DNA from: a virus
Taxonomy: Duplodnaviria; Caudoviricetes
DNA length: 64,000 nucleotides
IMG/VR virus record: IMGVR_UViG_3300032050_000002
Reading direction: 5' to 3' (one strand)
A model generated the notes under the pieces. The model searched no databases and was not told where the DNA came from. It saw nothing but the letters and a program-made list of their open reading frames with translations. Below, piece by piece: positions 29,821 to 39,265 of this stretch; position 1 is the stretch's first letter, and the number at the start of each line of letters is the position of its first letter. A program made the position numbers and the translations under genes.

Positions 29821-30747
29821 ATGAGTAATGAAAATTTTTATACAATTCTTGGAGTTAGTGAAAACGCGACTCAAGACGAAATAAAAAAGGCTTACAGAAA
29901 AAAGGCAATAGAATATCATCCCGATAAAGGAGGTTCTGAGGAACAGTTTAAAAAAATATCAGAAGCTTACGATAATTTGGGTGATGAAAATAAAAGAAGA
30001 GATTATGATAATAAAAGGAATAATCCATTTGCCGACTTTGGAGGTTTTGGAGGTAACCCATTTGAAGATTTTTTTGGAAACCAATTTTATAGACAAAGAA
30101 AAAGGACTGTACCCGATAAAGTAATTGATATAAATGTTGGAGCGATAGAATCCTTTAAAGGAAGTGAAAAAACTATAACATACCAAAGGAAACACTCTTG
30201 TAAAATGTGTAACGGTACTGGTGGTGAAAAAAATATTTGTAGTGATTGTTCAGGTAACGGATTCTTTGAAACCAGAATAGGAACAGGACTATTTGTACAA
30301 TTGGTTAGACAACCATGTCAAAAGTGTAGTGGGAATGGATTTTCATTTAAAAGTAGATGTATAACTTGTAACGGAGAATCTACAATAACTCAAATGGAGA
30401 CAATATCATTTAAATTACCTGTTGGGGTTGACAACGGTCAGTTTTTTAAATTACAGGGCAATGGAGATTACCATCAAGGGATATACGGTAATTTAGTAAT
30501 AAAGATTAATCTTGTTTCAGAAAACAATTTTGAAAAATCCGAAAACGATTTAATTTATAATTCTTATCTAACAATAAAAGAAATACAAAAAGATACTATT
30601 GATATTCCTCATCCTGACGGAATGTTAAATATCAAATTACCAAACGAATTCGACACTTCAAAACCATTAAGAATTAAATCAAAAGGATATTACGGACAAG
30701 GAGATATGTATGTTAAATTATTTATAAAGATTAAAAGAAATCCTTAA
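29821..30747 (+). CDS. dnaJ: DnaJ/Hsp40 co-chaperone
   Basis: J domain with HPD, G/F region, four CxxCxGxG repeats, C-terminal domain. Confidence 0.95.
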   Translation: MSNENFYTILGVSENATQDEIKKAYRKKAIEYHPDKGGSEEQFKKISEAYDNLGDENKRRDYDNKRNNPFADFGGFGGNPFEDFFGNQFYRQRKRTVPDKVIDINVGAIESFKGSEKTITYQRKHSCKMCNGTGGEKNICSDCSGNGFFETRIGTGLFVQLVRQPCQKCSGNGFSFKSRCITCNGESTITQMETISFKLPVGVDNGQFFKLQGNGDYHQGIYGNLVIKINLVSENNFEKSENDLIYNSYLTIKEIQKDTIDIPHPDGMLNIKLPNEFDTSKPLRIKSKGYYGQGDMYVKLFIKIKRNP

Positions 30748-30868
30748 ATAATTTAATTGTTCCGTATATTGATGAGAATAAAATATACATTGATATTAAA
30801 ACCATAATCCAATGAGTTGGATTTAATCCCTTTTTTTTACAATTACCACAAGGTTTTTTTGTTTCCAT
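30731..30868 (-). CDS. 45-aa CxxC membrane peptide, not in ORF track ([31 protein letters not shown]...)
   Basis: Manual translation; directly follows 30870..31361. Confidence 0.7.
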   Translation of the reverse strand: METKKPCGNCKKKGLNPTHWIMVLISMYILFSSIYGTIKLFKDFF

Positions 30869-30869
30869 A

Positions 30870-31361
30870 TTAATCAAATAAATAGTATTGGATAAATTTA
30901 CCATTTATTTTTGTATTTGTAAAGGACTCTATAATGTTATGGTCACCATCCTCATCAATAATTATAACATTGTTCTTATGGGGGTTAAATAATTTTCTTG
31001 GATGTCTTATAGATGTGTTAATAGTTAGAATGATTTTATCATCTCTAACTTTATCAATCCACATATGATAATCAAACTCTAAGAAGTTATCTCTAACAAT
31101 TAACGCACATTCCTTATCATAAGAATCGCACCAACCAAGTATTTTATTTATTTGTTTACCAACAACAGGTTCAATATCCTGTAAAGAATCTAAAATTTCA
31201 TCATAAGGAACTCTTTGTAAATGATAATTACCTTGACCTTCTCTAGAATGAGGATTGGCCTCAACATCTATTGTTTGAAGAATATTTCCGTTTTGGTATT
31301 CAAATCTGTGGATTAATTTATGTTCTAATAATAAAGACTTTAATGTTTCTAATAATTTCAT
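30870..31361 (-). CDS. Hypothetical protein with MKLLETLKSLLLE tag
   Basis: TATTTAT at 31368-31374 on the minus strand. Confidence 0.75.
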   Translation of the reverse strand: MKLLETLKSLLLEHKLIHRFEYQNGNILQTIDVEANPHSREGQGNYHLQRVPYDEILDSLQDIEPVVGKQINKILGWCDSYDKECALIVRDNFLEFDYHMWIDKVRDDKIILTINTSIRHPRKLFNPHKNNVIIIDEDGDHNIIESFTNTKINGKFIQYYLFD

Positions 31362-31375
31362 ACTATTATAAATAT

Positions 31376-31504
31376 CAAAACCCCCCGAAAAATCGGAGGG
31401 TTTTTTTATTTTTCATCACCTGGATTGGGGGATTTAAACCCGAACTGACACCCTCAGTTCTTTAGGGTTGGGTTTTAAGGATTTCCCAACATTCCCTCAT
31501 TCAC
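31376..31504 (-). ncRNA. Candidate structured small RNA of about 125 nt
   Basis: GC-enriched; stems GUUGGG/CCCAAC and GAACUGA/UCAGUUC; has its own host-type promoter and terminator. Confidence 0.5.
31377..31404 (-). terminator. Intrinsic terminator
   Basis: aaaaccctccga-tttt-tcggggggtttt is fully paired (one G-U) on the minus strand and ends in a U-run. Confidence 0.75.
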
Positions 31505-31508
31505 AATA

Positions 31509-31540
31509 CAAATATACGAATTATTTTGATTCCAGCCAAA
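31509..31540 (-). promoter_or_regulatory. Bacteroidota-type promoter TTTG-N20-TATATTTG
   Basis: Reverse complement of caaa 31537-31540 and caaatata 31509-31516. Confidence 0.75.
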
Positions 31541-31613
31541 TTTTTTTCTATATTTTTTTAGGTGAATTTATTTGCCTTTTACAATAAAATACCTATAATT
31601 TAATAAAAAAACT

Positions 31614-32453
31614 ATGCTATCTTACATCGGAGGAAAATCAAAAATCGGTAAATGGATTGTCCCATTCATACCAAAAGATATTGAAACATACGTAGAACCG
31701 TTTTCAGGAATGTATTGGGTTTACTTCAATATGGAATTAAAACAATATCCTAACTTAAAAAAAATCGTATATAACGACTTTAATCCATTAAACTATAATC
31801 TGTTTAATTGTGTTAAAAATCCAACAGAATTGTTGAAAGCGATAAACTCGATTGAATGTCAACAATTTGGAGTTGAAGATACTCCACCACATTTAAAAGA
31901 ACAATTTGTAAAATTTCAAACAGAAATATTCAACGAAGGATTTAAAGTTAATGATTGCGATTATGAAACCGCGGCTAAATACGTATACATAATAACACAA
32001 GTTTTTAGTGGGTCAAAACCTGAGACAAGTTCATATATAGATTTAAAAGGTAAATATAAATCAAAATATTTAACATTTAGAGATAAATTAAGTAAACCTG
32101 AATGGGTTGACCATTTTATAAAAATAACCGAAGTAGAGAATATGGACTTTGAAGATGTAATTAAAAAATACGATAGTCCAACGTCTTATTTTTATACCGA
32201 CCCACCGTACTGGAAAACAGAAAATTATTACTCAAATCACGATTTTGATAGAAATGACCACGAAAGACTTGCAAACTCATTAAAAAATACTCAAGGAAAA
32301 TTTTCTTTATCTTATTACGATTTCCCAATTTTATCAGAGTGGTTTCCAAAAGACCAATATAGATGGGAAAGTAAGTTATTTGCCAAGGCGGCGGCCGCTA
32401 AAAAAGGAAAGTCCCAAAATATGGGAGAAGAATTATTAATTTTGAATTATTAA
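31614..32453 (+). CDS. dam: Dam-like (D12 class) N6-adenine DNA methyltransferase
   Basis: YIGGKSK, YVEPFSG, YNDFN, YTDPPY. Confidence 0.9.
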   Translation: MLSYIGGKSKIGKWIVPFIPKDIETYVEPFSGMYWVYFNMELKQYPNLKKIVYNDFNPLNYNLFNCVKNPTELLKAINSIECQQFGVEDTPPHLKEQFVKFQTEIFNEGFKVNDCDYETAAKYVYIITQVFSGSKPETSSYIDLKGKYKSKYLTFRDKLSKPEWVDHFIKITEVENMDFEDVIKKYDSPTSYFYTDPPYWKTENYYSNHDFDRNDHERLANSLKNTQGKFSLSYYDFPILSEWFPKDQYRWESKLFAKAAAAKKGKSQNMGEELLILNY

Positions 32454-32497
32454 AAATTTTCCGTAATTTTGGATATTTATTAGTAAAAACATTTGAT

Positions 32498-33880
32498 ATG
32501 AAAATAACATCTTTATTAGGCAAGTTAATTGTAGAACAGTCAAGATTCCAAGTATTGTATGACAAAGTAGTAAAACCAAAAGACCCAAAAGACCCTAAAT
32601 CAAAAGGGTTGATGACTTTTGATATTTTAAAGGCATTAATATTTGCCGACCCAACAACAAAGGCGCCTGAAAACTTCGATGTTGAAGGAGCTTCAATTGA
32701 AGATATGGACAAAGTTAAGGCAGGTAAGTTTGTACAATGGATTCTTAAAAATTATTTAACATTTAAACCTTCAGAAGGGGGATTACCTGATGATATTGAT
32801 GTTAAAAGTAAAGAATACCAAAACGCTAAGAAAGAGTATCTTAGATTGTTTATGGAAGACTTATTTAAAGTTACGGATGATTTAAAAAAGTTTGAAAGAT
32901 TTAAACAATATTTTCCTGAAGATAAGAGAGATATAAATAAATTTACCGTTAAGTCATTATTTGATTTCTTAGAAACATTTGAATTACCTGAGAATGTTAA
33001 AAAGAAATTAGAAAAAAGTCAGACCAAAAAAGAAATTAGAAAGGAAAGAAAAGGTTATAGTCACCCTGGTGCTGAAATAATGTTAGTTGGAGATGAATAC
33101 ACGCTAATTAAAATTGAAGGAACGGGTGAAAAACAAAAAGAGGCCGCTAGTTGGTATGGTGGTTATTATGATTACGATAAAGGAGAATCAAGATGGTGTA
33201 CATCACCTCCTAACTCTTCTCACTTCATGCACTACGCAAGTAAAGGACCTCTTTATGTAATATTAGCAAATGACGATAAAGGTAAAGTTGGTGAGAGAAC
33301 AGGATTACCCCAAGAAAGGTATCAATTCCATTTCCCTGATAGTCAATTCATGGACAGAGCGGATAGACAAATTAATCTTGTTGACTTCTTAAATAACAAG
33401 GCACCTGAATTAAAAGAGATATTTAAACCTGAGTTCGCGAAAGGTTTGGTAACAAAGGGTGGTAATAAAGTACAAATAGATTACCCTAACAGTGCTGCGG
33501 GTAAATTCATTGCACTATACGGTTTTGAAGATTTATTTGAATCTTTACCTGAGACTGTTGAACATATAGTAATTACGGTTACAGGTAGTGATTCGGTTGC
33601 TTTTGATGTACCAGAATCTTTAGGTAGATTTACAAATCTAAGAGCGTTGTTATTACAAAATTGTGTTAAGAGTCTTCCTGAATCAATTGGAAAACTTAAA
33701 AAATTACACATATTAAGTTTACCTGACAACAAACAAATAGAAACTTTACCGGTCTCAATTATAGATATTCCTGACTTAACATTCATTAATTTAAAAGGAA
33801 GTAATCCTAATTTAATTATGCCTCCAGCTTTAGCCGAGAGAGCGGTTGACCAACAAGACCAATTATATTATTTAACATAA
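32498..33880 (+). CDS. Phage protein with C-terminal leucine-rich repeats
   Basis: VPESLGRFTNLRALLLQN, LPESIGKLKKLHILSLPDN, LPVSIIDIPDLTFINL; central RWCTS..YQFHF domain. Confidence 0.8.
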   Translation: MKITSLLGKLIVEQSRFQVLYDKVVKPKDPKDPKSKGLMTFDILKALIFADPTTKAPENFDVEGASIEDMDKVKAGKFVQWILKNYLTFKPSEGGLPDDIDVKSKEYQNAKKEYLRLFMEDLFKVTDDLKKFERFKQYFPEDKRDINKFTVKSLFDFLETFELPENVKKKLEKSQTKKEIRKERKGYSHPGAEIMLVGDEYTLIKIEGTGEKQKEAASWYGGYYDYDKGESRWCTSPPNSSHFMHYASKGPLYVILANDDKGKVGERTGLPQERYQFHFPDSQFMDRADRQINLVDFLNNKAPELKEIFKPEFAKGLVTKGGNKVQIDYPNSAAGKFIALYGFEDLFESLPETVEHIVITVTGSDSVAFDVPESLGRFTNLRALLLQNCVKSLPESIGKLKKLHILSLPDNKQIETLPVSIIDIPDLTFINLKGSNPNLIMPPALAERAVDQQDQLYYLT

Positions 33881-33898
33881 TTTTATTATCTTTGCCTT

Positions 33899-34189
33899 AT
33901 GAAAAGGATTGAAGTAGATATTTGGGTAAATCAGTTCATCGGATTTTTCGACAAAAACCCCGGTGAACTAACCCAATTAATCGGAAATATTGATAAAGAA
34001 ATATTTTTCGATAAAGTAAGACAAAGATGTTTTAAAAACCTAGACGAAGGGGATGAAGTATCTCTAACCCAAAAACAACTCATCGATATCATTGTTAGTC
34101 TTAATAAAGCTAATACGGTCATTGTAGACGTTGACAAAATGGACTATCTGTTCCAAAAAACAAAATTCGGTGATATTTGTTTAAATTAA
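33899..34189 (+). CDS. Hypothetical protein
   Basis: TATCTTTG at 33887-33894 upstream. Confidence 0.7.
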   Translation: MKRIEVDIWVNQFIGFFDKNPGELTQLIGNIDKEIFFDKVRQRCFKNLDEGDEVSLTQKQLIDIIVSLNKANTVIVDVDKMDYLFQKTKFGDICLN

Positions 34190-34190
34190 A

Positions 34191-34222
34191 TTTGGCAGTC
34201 TCAAAAAAAGTCCTTATCTTTG
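34191..34222 (+). promoter_or_regulatory. Bacteroidota-type promoter TTTG-N20-TATCTTTG
   Basis: TTTG at 34191-34194, TATCTTTG at 34215-34222. Confidence 0.8.
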
Positions 34223-34247
34223 TATTATAAATTTAAAACAACAGATT

Positions 34248-34997
34248 ATGACAATTGAACAGTTAAAAGAAACAACACCGGCAGTATTCACAACTCAACC
34301 ATCACCAAAAATGTCAAACAAATATGTATTTGTTCCGACTATTGACATCATTGAAAATTTCAATAGAGAAGGTTGGCAAATCGCAACGGCAAAACAAACG
34401 GGTAAAGGGATTTATGGACTCCACGAAATTAGGTTTAGAAATGGAGAATTACCAAAAGTAGGGGACTCGTTAGTTGAGGCGATTATCCGAAATTCTCATA
34501 ACGGAATGGCAACCTTTCAGGTAAGTGCGGGATTACACCGACTAGTGTGTAGTAATGGTTTAACGGTACCGACATCATTATCAGAATCATTCAATCTAAG
34601 ACACAAAAGTTTTGACTTAGATGAGGTTAAAAGATTAACAGAGAGTTTTGCCGGTAGATTACCAATCATCCAAACCTCAGTAGATAAAATGATGTCAAAA
34701 GAGATGTCAGAAAACGAAAAGATGGATTTTGTTAAACAAGCAACTCAAGTTAGATGGAAAGTTGGAAAACTTCCGGCAACATTAGACCTAAACTCTCTAT
34801 TGATACCTAACAGAGAAGAAGACAAACCAAACACATTATGGAATGTTTTCAATGTGGTACAAGAGAAATTCGTTAGAGGTGGAATTCAATACACATCAAA
34901 CGGTGGTCGTAAAACAGGACTTAAATCCCTTAATAACATTATGAATGTTAATACCGTTAATACTAAACTTTGGGAGATTGCTGAACAATATTGTTAA
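34248..34997 (+). CDS. DUF932/DUF945-family protein
   Basis: MSNKYVFVPT, NSHNG...AGLHRLVCSNG, TLWNVFNVVQE, N.KLW. Confidence 0.85.
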   Translation: MTIEQLKETTPAVFTTQPSPKMSNKYVFVPTIDIIENFNREGWQIATAKQTGKGIYGLHEIRFRNGELPKVGDSLVEAIIRNSHNGMATFQVSAGLHRLVCSNGLTVPTSLSESFNLRHKSFDLDEVKRLTESFAGRLPIIQTSVDKMMSKEMSENEKMDFVKQATQVRWKVGKLPATLDLNSLLIPNREEDKPNTLWNVFNVVQEKFVRGGIQYTSNGGRKTGLKSLNNIMNVNTVNTKLWEIAEQYC

Positions 34998-35003
34998 TTT
35001 AAA

Positions 35004-35029
35004 GTGGGGGATTAATCCCCCACATTTTT
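35004..35029 (+). terminator. Intrinsic terminator
   Basis: gtggggga-ttaa-tcccccac followed by attttt. Confidence 0.8.
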
Positions 35030-35033
35030 AATT

Positions 35034-36677
35034 ATGGAAACACTTTTTGAATATAGTAAAAGTCATTATAATGTAACATATTACAAGGATAATTGTGTAT
35101 TAAACCCACCCGATAATAAAGATGAGTTATTTGGAGTTAGTCTGTATAGACCCCCATTAAATGACCCAAGATTTCCATTATGGGATTATGATAAAAGTGA
35201 AAAGGGTGAGGAAGTTTATGTTAAAAATTATGGAAATCCTTTATGTTCCCTCAATCTTTATAGAGGAACAATAGTTATTGTCAAAAAGGAAGATAAAATA
35301 ACCATAAAGATATTTGATTATACAAGAACAAGAGGAGTTAATAAACCATATTTCAGAGTATCAACCAATGTCGAATTCTTCACATATAACTTCAAAAGAC
35401 ACATAATGTATGTTGGAGGTATTAAGAACTATCACAAAAAACGTAAATTCACTAAAAAAATTAAAATCACTAATACAGGTGAACATCCTTTAGCCGGTAT
35501 AAAATCAAAAATAAACGCATTAAACCATAGTAGTCTTTATAATGGAGAGTTTACTCACACGGACGCAATCAATTTCTCTGAAAAAGTTTTAGAGATTTTT
35601 ATAAGTAATTTACCTGGTATTGAAAAATATAAAGACATATTTCCTTTAGAACAAAGATTCTATAAATATCATTTGGAGAGTAAGGGCGTTAAGTTACCAA
35701 ATAATTGGACAACATTTATCCATACATATCCACAACCTTTGAAGAAAGTTTATGTAAAAAATGACTATAAGTATATTGATTCAATAATGGAAGTTAATAA
35801 GTTGAGCGGAACTAGAATAAGAAAAATTCTACATACCTTAGACCACTTTGACCCAAATACAATTAAGTCGGCATTTTATTATTATGGTGAAGATTATATA
35901 ATGAATCAGTCAGATGAATTCTTATATAAAATATTTAAAAGTAATATCACTAATTATAATGTTATCAAAGTAAATGAGTATATTACAAATAAACAGGATT
36001 TAAAAAATTCTTTTGAAATCTTTAAATTAGCGGTTAATGGTAATATACACGAACAAACATTTATTGACCATATTAGAATGTACTCATTCTTAAAAAGATT
36101 CGAACCAATTAAATGGGAGGCAAAAACTTATTTAGACTTTTCTGACGAACACATTCATTGGACGGAGTTACAATCTTTTTATACCAACGGAACATATGAA
36201 AGAACATACTCTGACGAGTTTAGTGAAGATAGTCAATCTAAAATTGAAATTAATAATGAGACCTATTATCCTGTTCTACTAAAAAAATCTGATGAATATA
36301 ATAAAGAATCCTTTATACAGAGTAATTGTGTTAAAGGATATATAAGTAGAGCGGCTAGTTTAATCATATCATTAAGAAAAGATGATAACGAATCTAAAGA
36401 AAGAGCTACGATTGAATATAGAATATCAGGTAATGATAAGAATGTAGAACTTAGAAGAGTGCAAACTTTAGGTAGGTTCAACAACCTTCTCCCAAAGGAG
36501 TGGGACGAACCAATAAAAATATTAGATGAAAATTTAAATAAACTTTTAAAAGAAAAAAAGTTTACATTACCAAAATTAAAAGTAACTTATAAGATGGGAG
36601 AAATTGAAACTGAAGGAATTTTTTCTGAAGAAAGTTATAATAAAGAATTAATATGGAAAGACAGGATAAACTTTTAA
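35034..36677 (+). CDS. PcfJ-like domain protein
   Basis: C-terminal ESFIQSNCVKGY...ATIEY...QTLGRFN. Confidence 0.7.
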   Translation: METLFEYSKSHYNVTYYKDNCVLNPPDNKDELFGVSLYRPPLNDPRFPLWDYDKSEKGEEVYVKNYGNPLCSLNLYRGTIVIVKKEDKITIKIFDYTRTRGVNKPYFRVSTNVEFFTYNFKRHIMYVGGIKNYHKKRKFTKKIKITNTGEHPLAGIKSKINALNHSSLYNGEFTHTDAINFSEKVLEIFISNLPGIEKYKDIFPLEQRFYKYHLESKGVKLPNNWTTFIHTYPQPLKKVYVKNDYKYIDSIMEVNKLSGTRIRKILHTLDHFDPNTIKSAFYYYGEDYIMNQSDEFLYKIFKSNITNYNVIKVNEYITNKQDLKNSFEIFKLAVNGNIHEQTFIDHIRMYSFLKRFEPIKWEAKTYLDFSDEHIHWTELQSFYTNGTYERTYSDEFSEDSQSKIEINNETYYPVLLKKSDEYNKESFIQSNCVKGYISRAASLIISLRKDDNESKERATIEYRISGNDKNVELRRVQTLGRFNNLLPKEWDEPIKILDENLNKLLKEKKFTLPKLKVTYKMGEIETEGIFSEESYNKELIWKDRINF

Positions 36678-36982
36678 ATATAATACCTCAGAACTGTATA
36701 GATTCATTTGTAAAGAAATTTACAATGTTTCCTTCGGCAATTAAACTTGAAGGACCATTTAACAAAAAAGTTTTCAAATACTTTGAAAAATTTCATTTGA
36801 TTTGGTTTTATAGTGAACTTATGAATAATGGAGAAATTATCAAAACTTCTAGTTTTTATGAGTATGATTCATCGGGTATAATGGTTTATATATATGGTGA
36901 TGATAGTATATTTATACTTACAACTCCAGACAGAAATAATGCTTCGGAGTTTTTAATAAACAATTTAAAAAGATTAAAATAA
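36653..36982 (+). CDS. Hypothetical protein
   Basis: ORF in operon. Confidence 0.65.
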   Translation: MERQDKLLNIIPQNCIDSFVKKFTMFPSAIKLEGPFNKKVFKYFEKFHLIWFYSELMNNGEIIKTSSFYEYDSSGIMVYIYGDDSIFILTTPDRNNASEFLINNLKRLK

Positions 36983-36983
36983 A

Positions 36984-37307
36984 ATGGAAATTAGTTCAGA
37001 ATTATTAAAAGAAAAAATTCAAAATGGGGATAAAGTAATTGTTGATTTCTACGCGAGCTGGTGTGGTCCGTGTAAAGTAATGAAACCAACATTTGAGATG
37101 GTATCTAAGAAATTAAGAGAAAGTGATTCTCCTGTTGAATTATATACAATGAATGTTGAGAATAACCAAGAATTTGCCGCACAAATGGGAATTAGAGCCG
37201 TACCAACAATTATCTCATTCTCAAATGGAGTTGATGTTAATACGGTAAAAGGTATGCAAACCGAATCTCAAATAAACGATTTGACAAAACAATTATTAAA
37301 TGGATAA
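36984..37307 (+). CDS. trxA: Thioredoxin
   Basis: VDFYASWCGPCK, GIRAVPT. Confidence 0.92.
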   Translation: MEISSELLKEKIQNGDKVIVDFYASWCGPCKVMKPTFEMVSKKLRESDSPVELYTMNVENNQEFAAQMGIRAVPTIISFSNGVDVNTVKGMQTESQINDLTKQLLNG

Positions 37308-37617
37308 GTTATTACTTGTTTATACAATGAAAGGATGTCCCCATTGTCAAACAATGAAGGATAAACTGAATGAAAACAAGATTGAGTATTACGAAAGAGA
37401 TATTGATGAACATTCAGAGGAATATGACCTTTTTGTTGAGATAACGGAAAACGAGTATGTACCGGCATTTATGATTGTTGAATCTCCAGAAGAAAACCCA
37501 AATAGTTTGTTATTTGCTCCTGATAGGGACTTTACAGATATTGACGATGGTGTAAGAATAATTAAAGAACATTTCAATAATGAGCCTAAACTTCAAAAAA
37601 AACGGAAAAGTAAATGA
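37300..37617 (+). CDS. Glutaredoxin-like protein
   Basis: VYTMKGCPHC, YVPAF. Confidence 0.85.
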   Translation: MDKLLLVYTMKGCPHCQTMKDKLNENKIEYYERDIDEHSEEYDLFVEITENEYVPAFMIVESPEENPNSLLFAPDRDFTDIDDGVRIIKEHFNNEPKLQKKRKSK

Positions 37618-38104
37618 ACCAATTAAAAGTTGGTCACTATTAGATGGTAATACTATCGCAATCTATCAGGGTAGTCGTGGAGACAACCCTGAATTAGATT
37701 ATATTATTAAATACAAATCTCCCAACAAGAGATTAAGAGCTCCTTCACACACTCATTGGATATTTGATATTCTTTTAAAGACTGAGTATGCTAAAATGGA
37801 AATGTTGGATTATCTTAATGAGTGGATTGAGATATATGATATCATTGAACCATTTAAAACCAAAGAAGAAAGAGATAATTATAAGCTTTTATATAACGAG
37901 TACTTATGTGAAAAATATTACTCAATGGAGAATCTTGGAGTTTATTCTATTGAATTCCTTTCAGCATTAATTGAACTTTTCGCCAAATGTGAAAAACAAA
38001 CAAAAGGGGCGTTCATGTTTAAAAATTTACTTATTCTTTTAAAAGAATATTGTGAAGATAAGAAAGATTTTTATCAGGTTGTTTCTCACTCAAAAAGAGT
38101 TTAA
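37580..38104 (+). CDS. Hypothetical protein
   Basis: 174-aa ORF with PSHTHW motif; no family recognised. Confidence 0.7.
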   Translation: MSLNFKKNGKVNEPIKSWSLLDGNTIAIYQGSRGDNPELDYIIKYKSPNKRLRAPSHTHWIFDILLKTEYAKMEMLDYLNEWIEIYDIIEPFKTKEERDNYKLLYNEYLCEKYYSMENLGVYSIEFLSALIELFAKCEKQTKGAFMFKNLLILLKEYCEDKKDFYQVVSHSKRV

Positions 38105-38913
38105 AACAAATTTAAATCCTTTATTTTATCCATTACCAACCAATCGGATTTCTCTAATTGACTATCAATACTTGTATTATAATCAAGTTTTGATAGTTTG
38201 GTTACTATAAAATTGTTTAGATTAAAATCAAATACATCTAATACCAAAGATTTCAAATCTTTATCTGAAAAGATAGAATCACTCTCAATATCAATCATAA
38301 TATCATTTGATTCTTCATTAAAATTTGTTGAGTATTTGAACGAAATCTTATCACATAAACAAACCTTAAACAATTGATTTGTTATATATTCAGAATAATA
38401 TAAATAAGCTCTATTGGTATTTAAACTATAACCATAAGGGAATTCAGAAGTTATAACTCCTGACGAGTATGTTGTAAACTCACTTGTGATTTCATTAAAA
38501 GTTTCAACCTCTACCTTATCCGTGTAATTAATTGACAGGTAATCTTGTTTAATATTTTTTACCAAATCAATTACGTTTCTATTAAAGACTGGTCTATTAG
38601 AATCATAAAAATCAAAATGTTGTTCAGAAGGAATATCAGGTGAAGTATTATATTTTATAATATCTATCGTGTTAATATTTTTAATACCAACGTGTTCAAA
38701 TAACTCTTTATTAATATCATAGAATCTTTTTTGAACATCCGACATATCAACTAAGTTTTGGGATTCTGTTTTACCATTAATAACAAAAAACGCATCAAAT
38801 AATGAAACCTCAATTTTTGTTTTATGATTTTTGTTTTTATTTAGTTCGGATAAGATAAATTCTGCGAATTTATTAACTAAACCTCTCTTTGATTTTGGAT
38901 TTATATATCTCAT
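38101..38913 (-). CDS. Degenerate S-adenosylmethionine synthetase (MetK)-fold protein lacking catalytic motifs
   Basis: N- and C-terminal segments align by eye to MetK domains; GHPDK, GAGDQG and GGGAFSGKD are absent. Confidence 0.55.
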   Translation of the reverse strand: [270 protein letters not shown]

Positions 38914-38954
38914 ACATAATTGTTAATAAAAATTTATAATATGTTAAATACTAA

Positions 38955-38981
38955 AATAAAAAAAGGGGAAAACTTTTCCCC
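38955..38981 (-). terminator. Intrinsic terminator after the 50-aa minus-strand gene
   Basis: ggggaaa-agt-tttcccc followed by a long U-run on the minus strand. Confidence 0.6.
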
Positions 38982-39012
38982 CCTTAAATTAGTAGCCAAA
39001 CCCTTTTAAGTA

Positions 39013-39165
39013 TTATTTTTTGTAATACTTCTCAACAACTTTCTTAATCGACTCCTGAATAGTAGGATTAGTTGGCTGTTGTTTAGCGGCAGGTTGAGGT
39101 TGTGATTGACCTGATTGAGTCTGAGTTGGTTGACTAGCACCTTTGTTTTTGCATCCGCAGCTCAT
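39013..39165 (-). CDS. 50-aa protein MSCGCKNK...IQESIKKVVEKYYKK, not in ORF track
   Basis: Manual translation; TATTTAT at 39198-39208 upstream and a terminator downstream. Confidence 0.75.
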   Translation of the reverse strand: MSCGCKNKGASQPTQTQSGQSQPQPAAKQQPTNPTIQESIKKVVEKYYKK

Positions 39166-39265
39166 AGTAATTTTTTTTAAATTCCGGTTTATTTTTTATA
39201 AATAAATATCATTAACTTTGTGAATTAGTAAATGTAGATTAAATAATTTTTGTATATTTATAGTT

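Noticed and set aside
30820-30845. Frameshift at the A8 run of the 45-aa ORF
   Set aside because: Manual translation is in frame through to the TM helix and stop
31413-31500. tRNA gene (GGG-TTTAAAT-CCC resembles a T-arm, with CCA nearby)
   Set aside because: T-stem has only 3 bp, TTC is missing, and no acceptor stem or anticodon arm can be formed
37580-38104. Restriction endonuclease cognate to the MTases
   Set aside because: No PD-(D/E)XK, HNH or GIY-YIG motif recognisable, and not adjacent to an MTase
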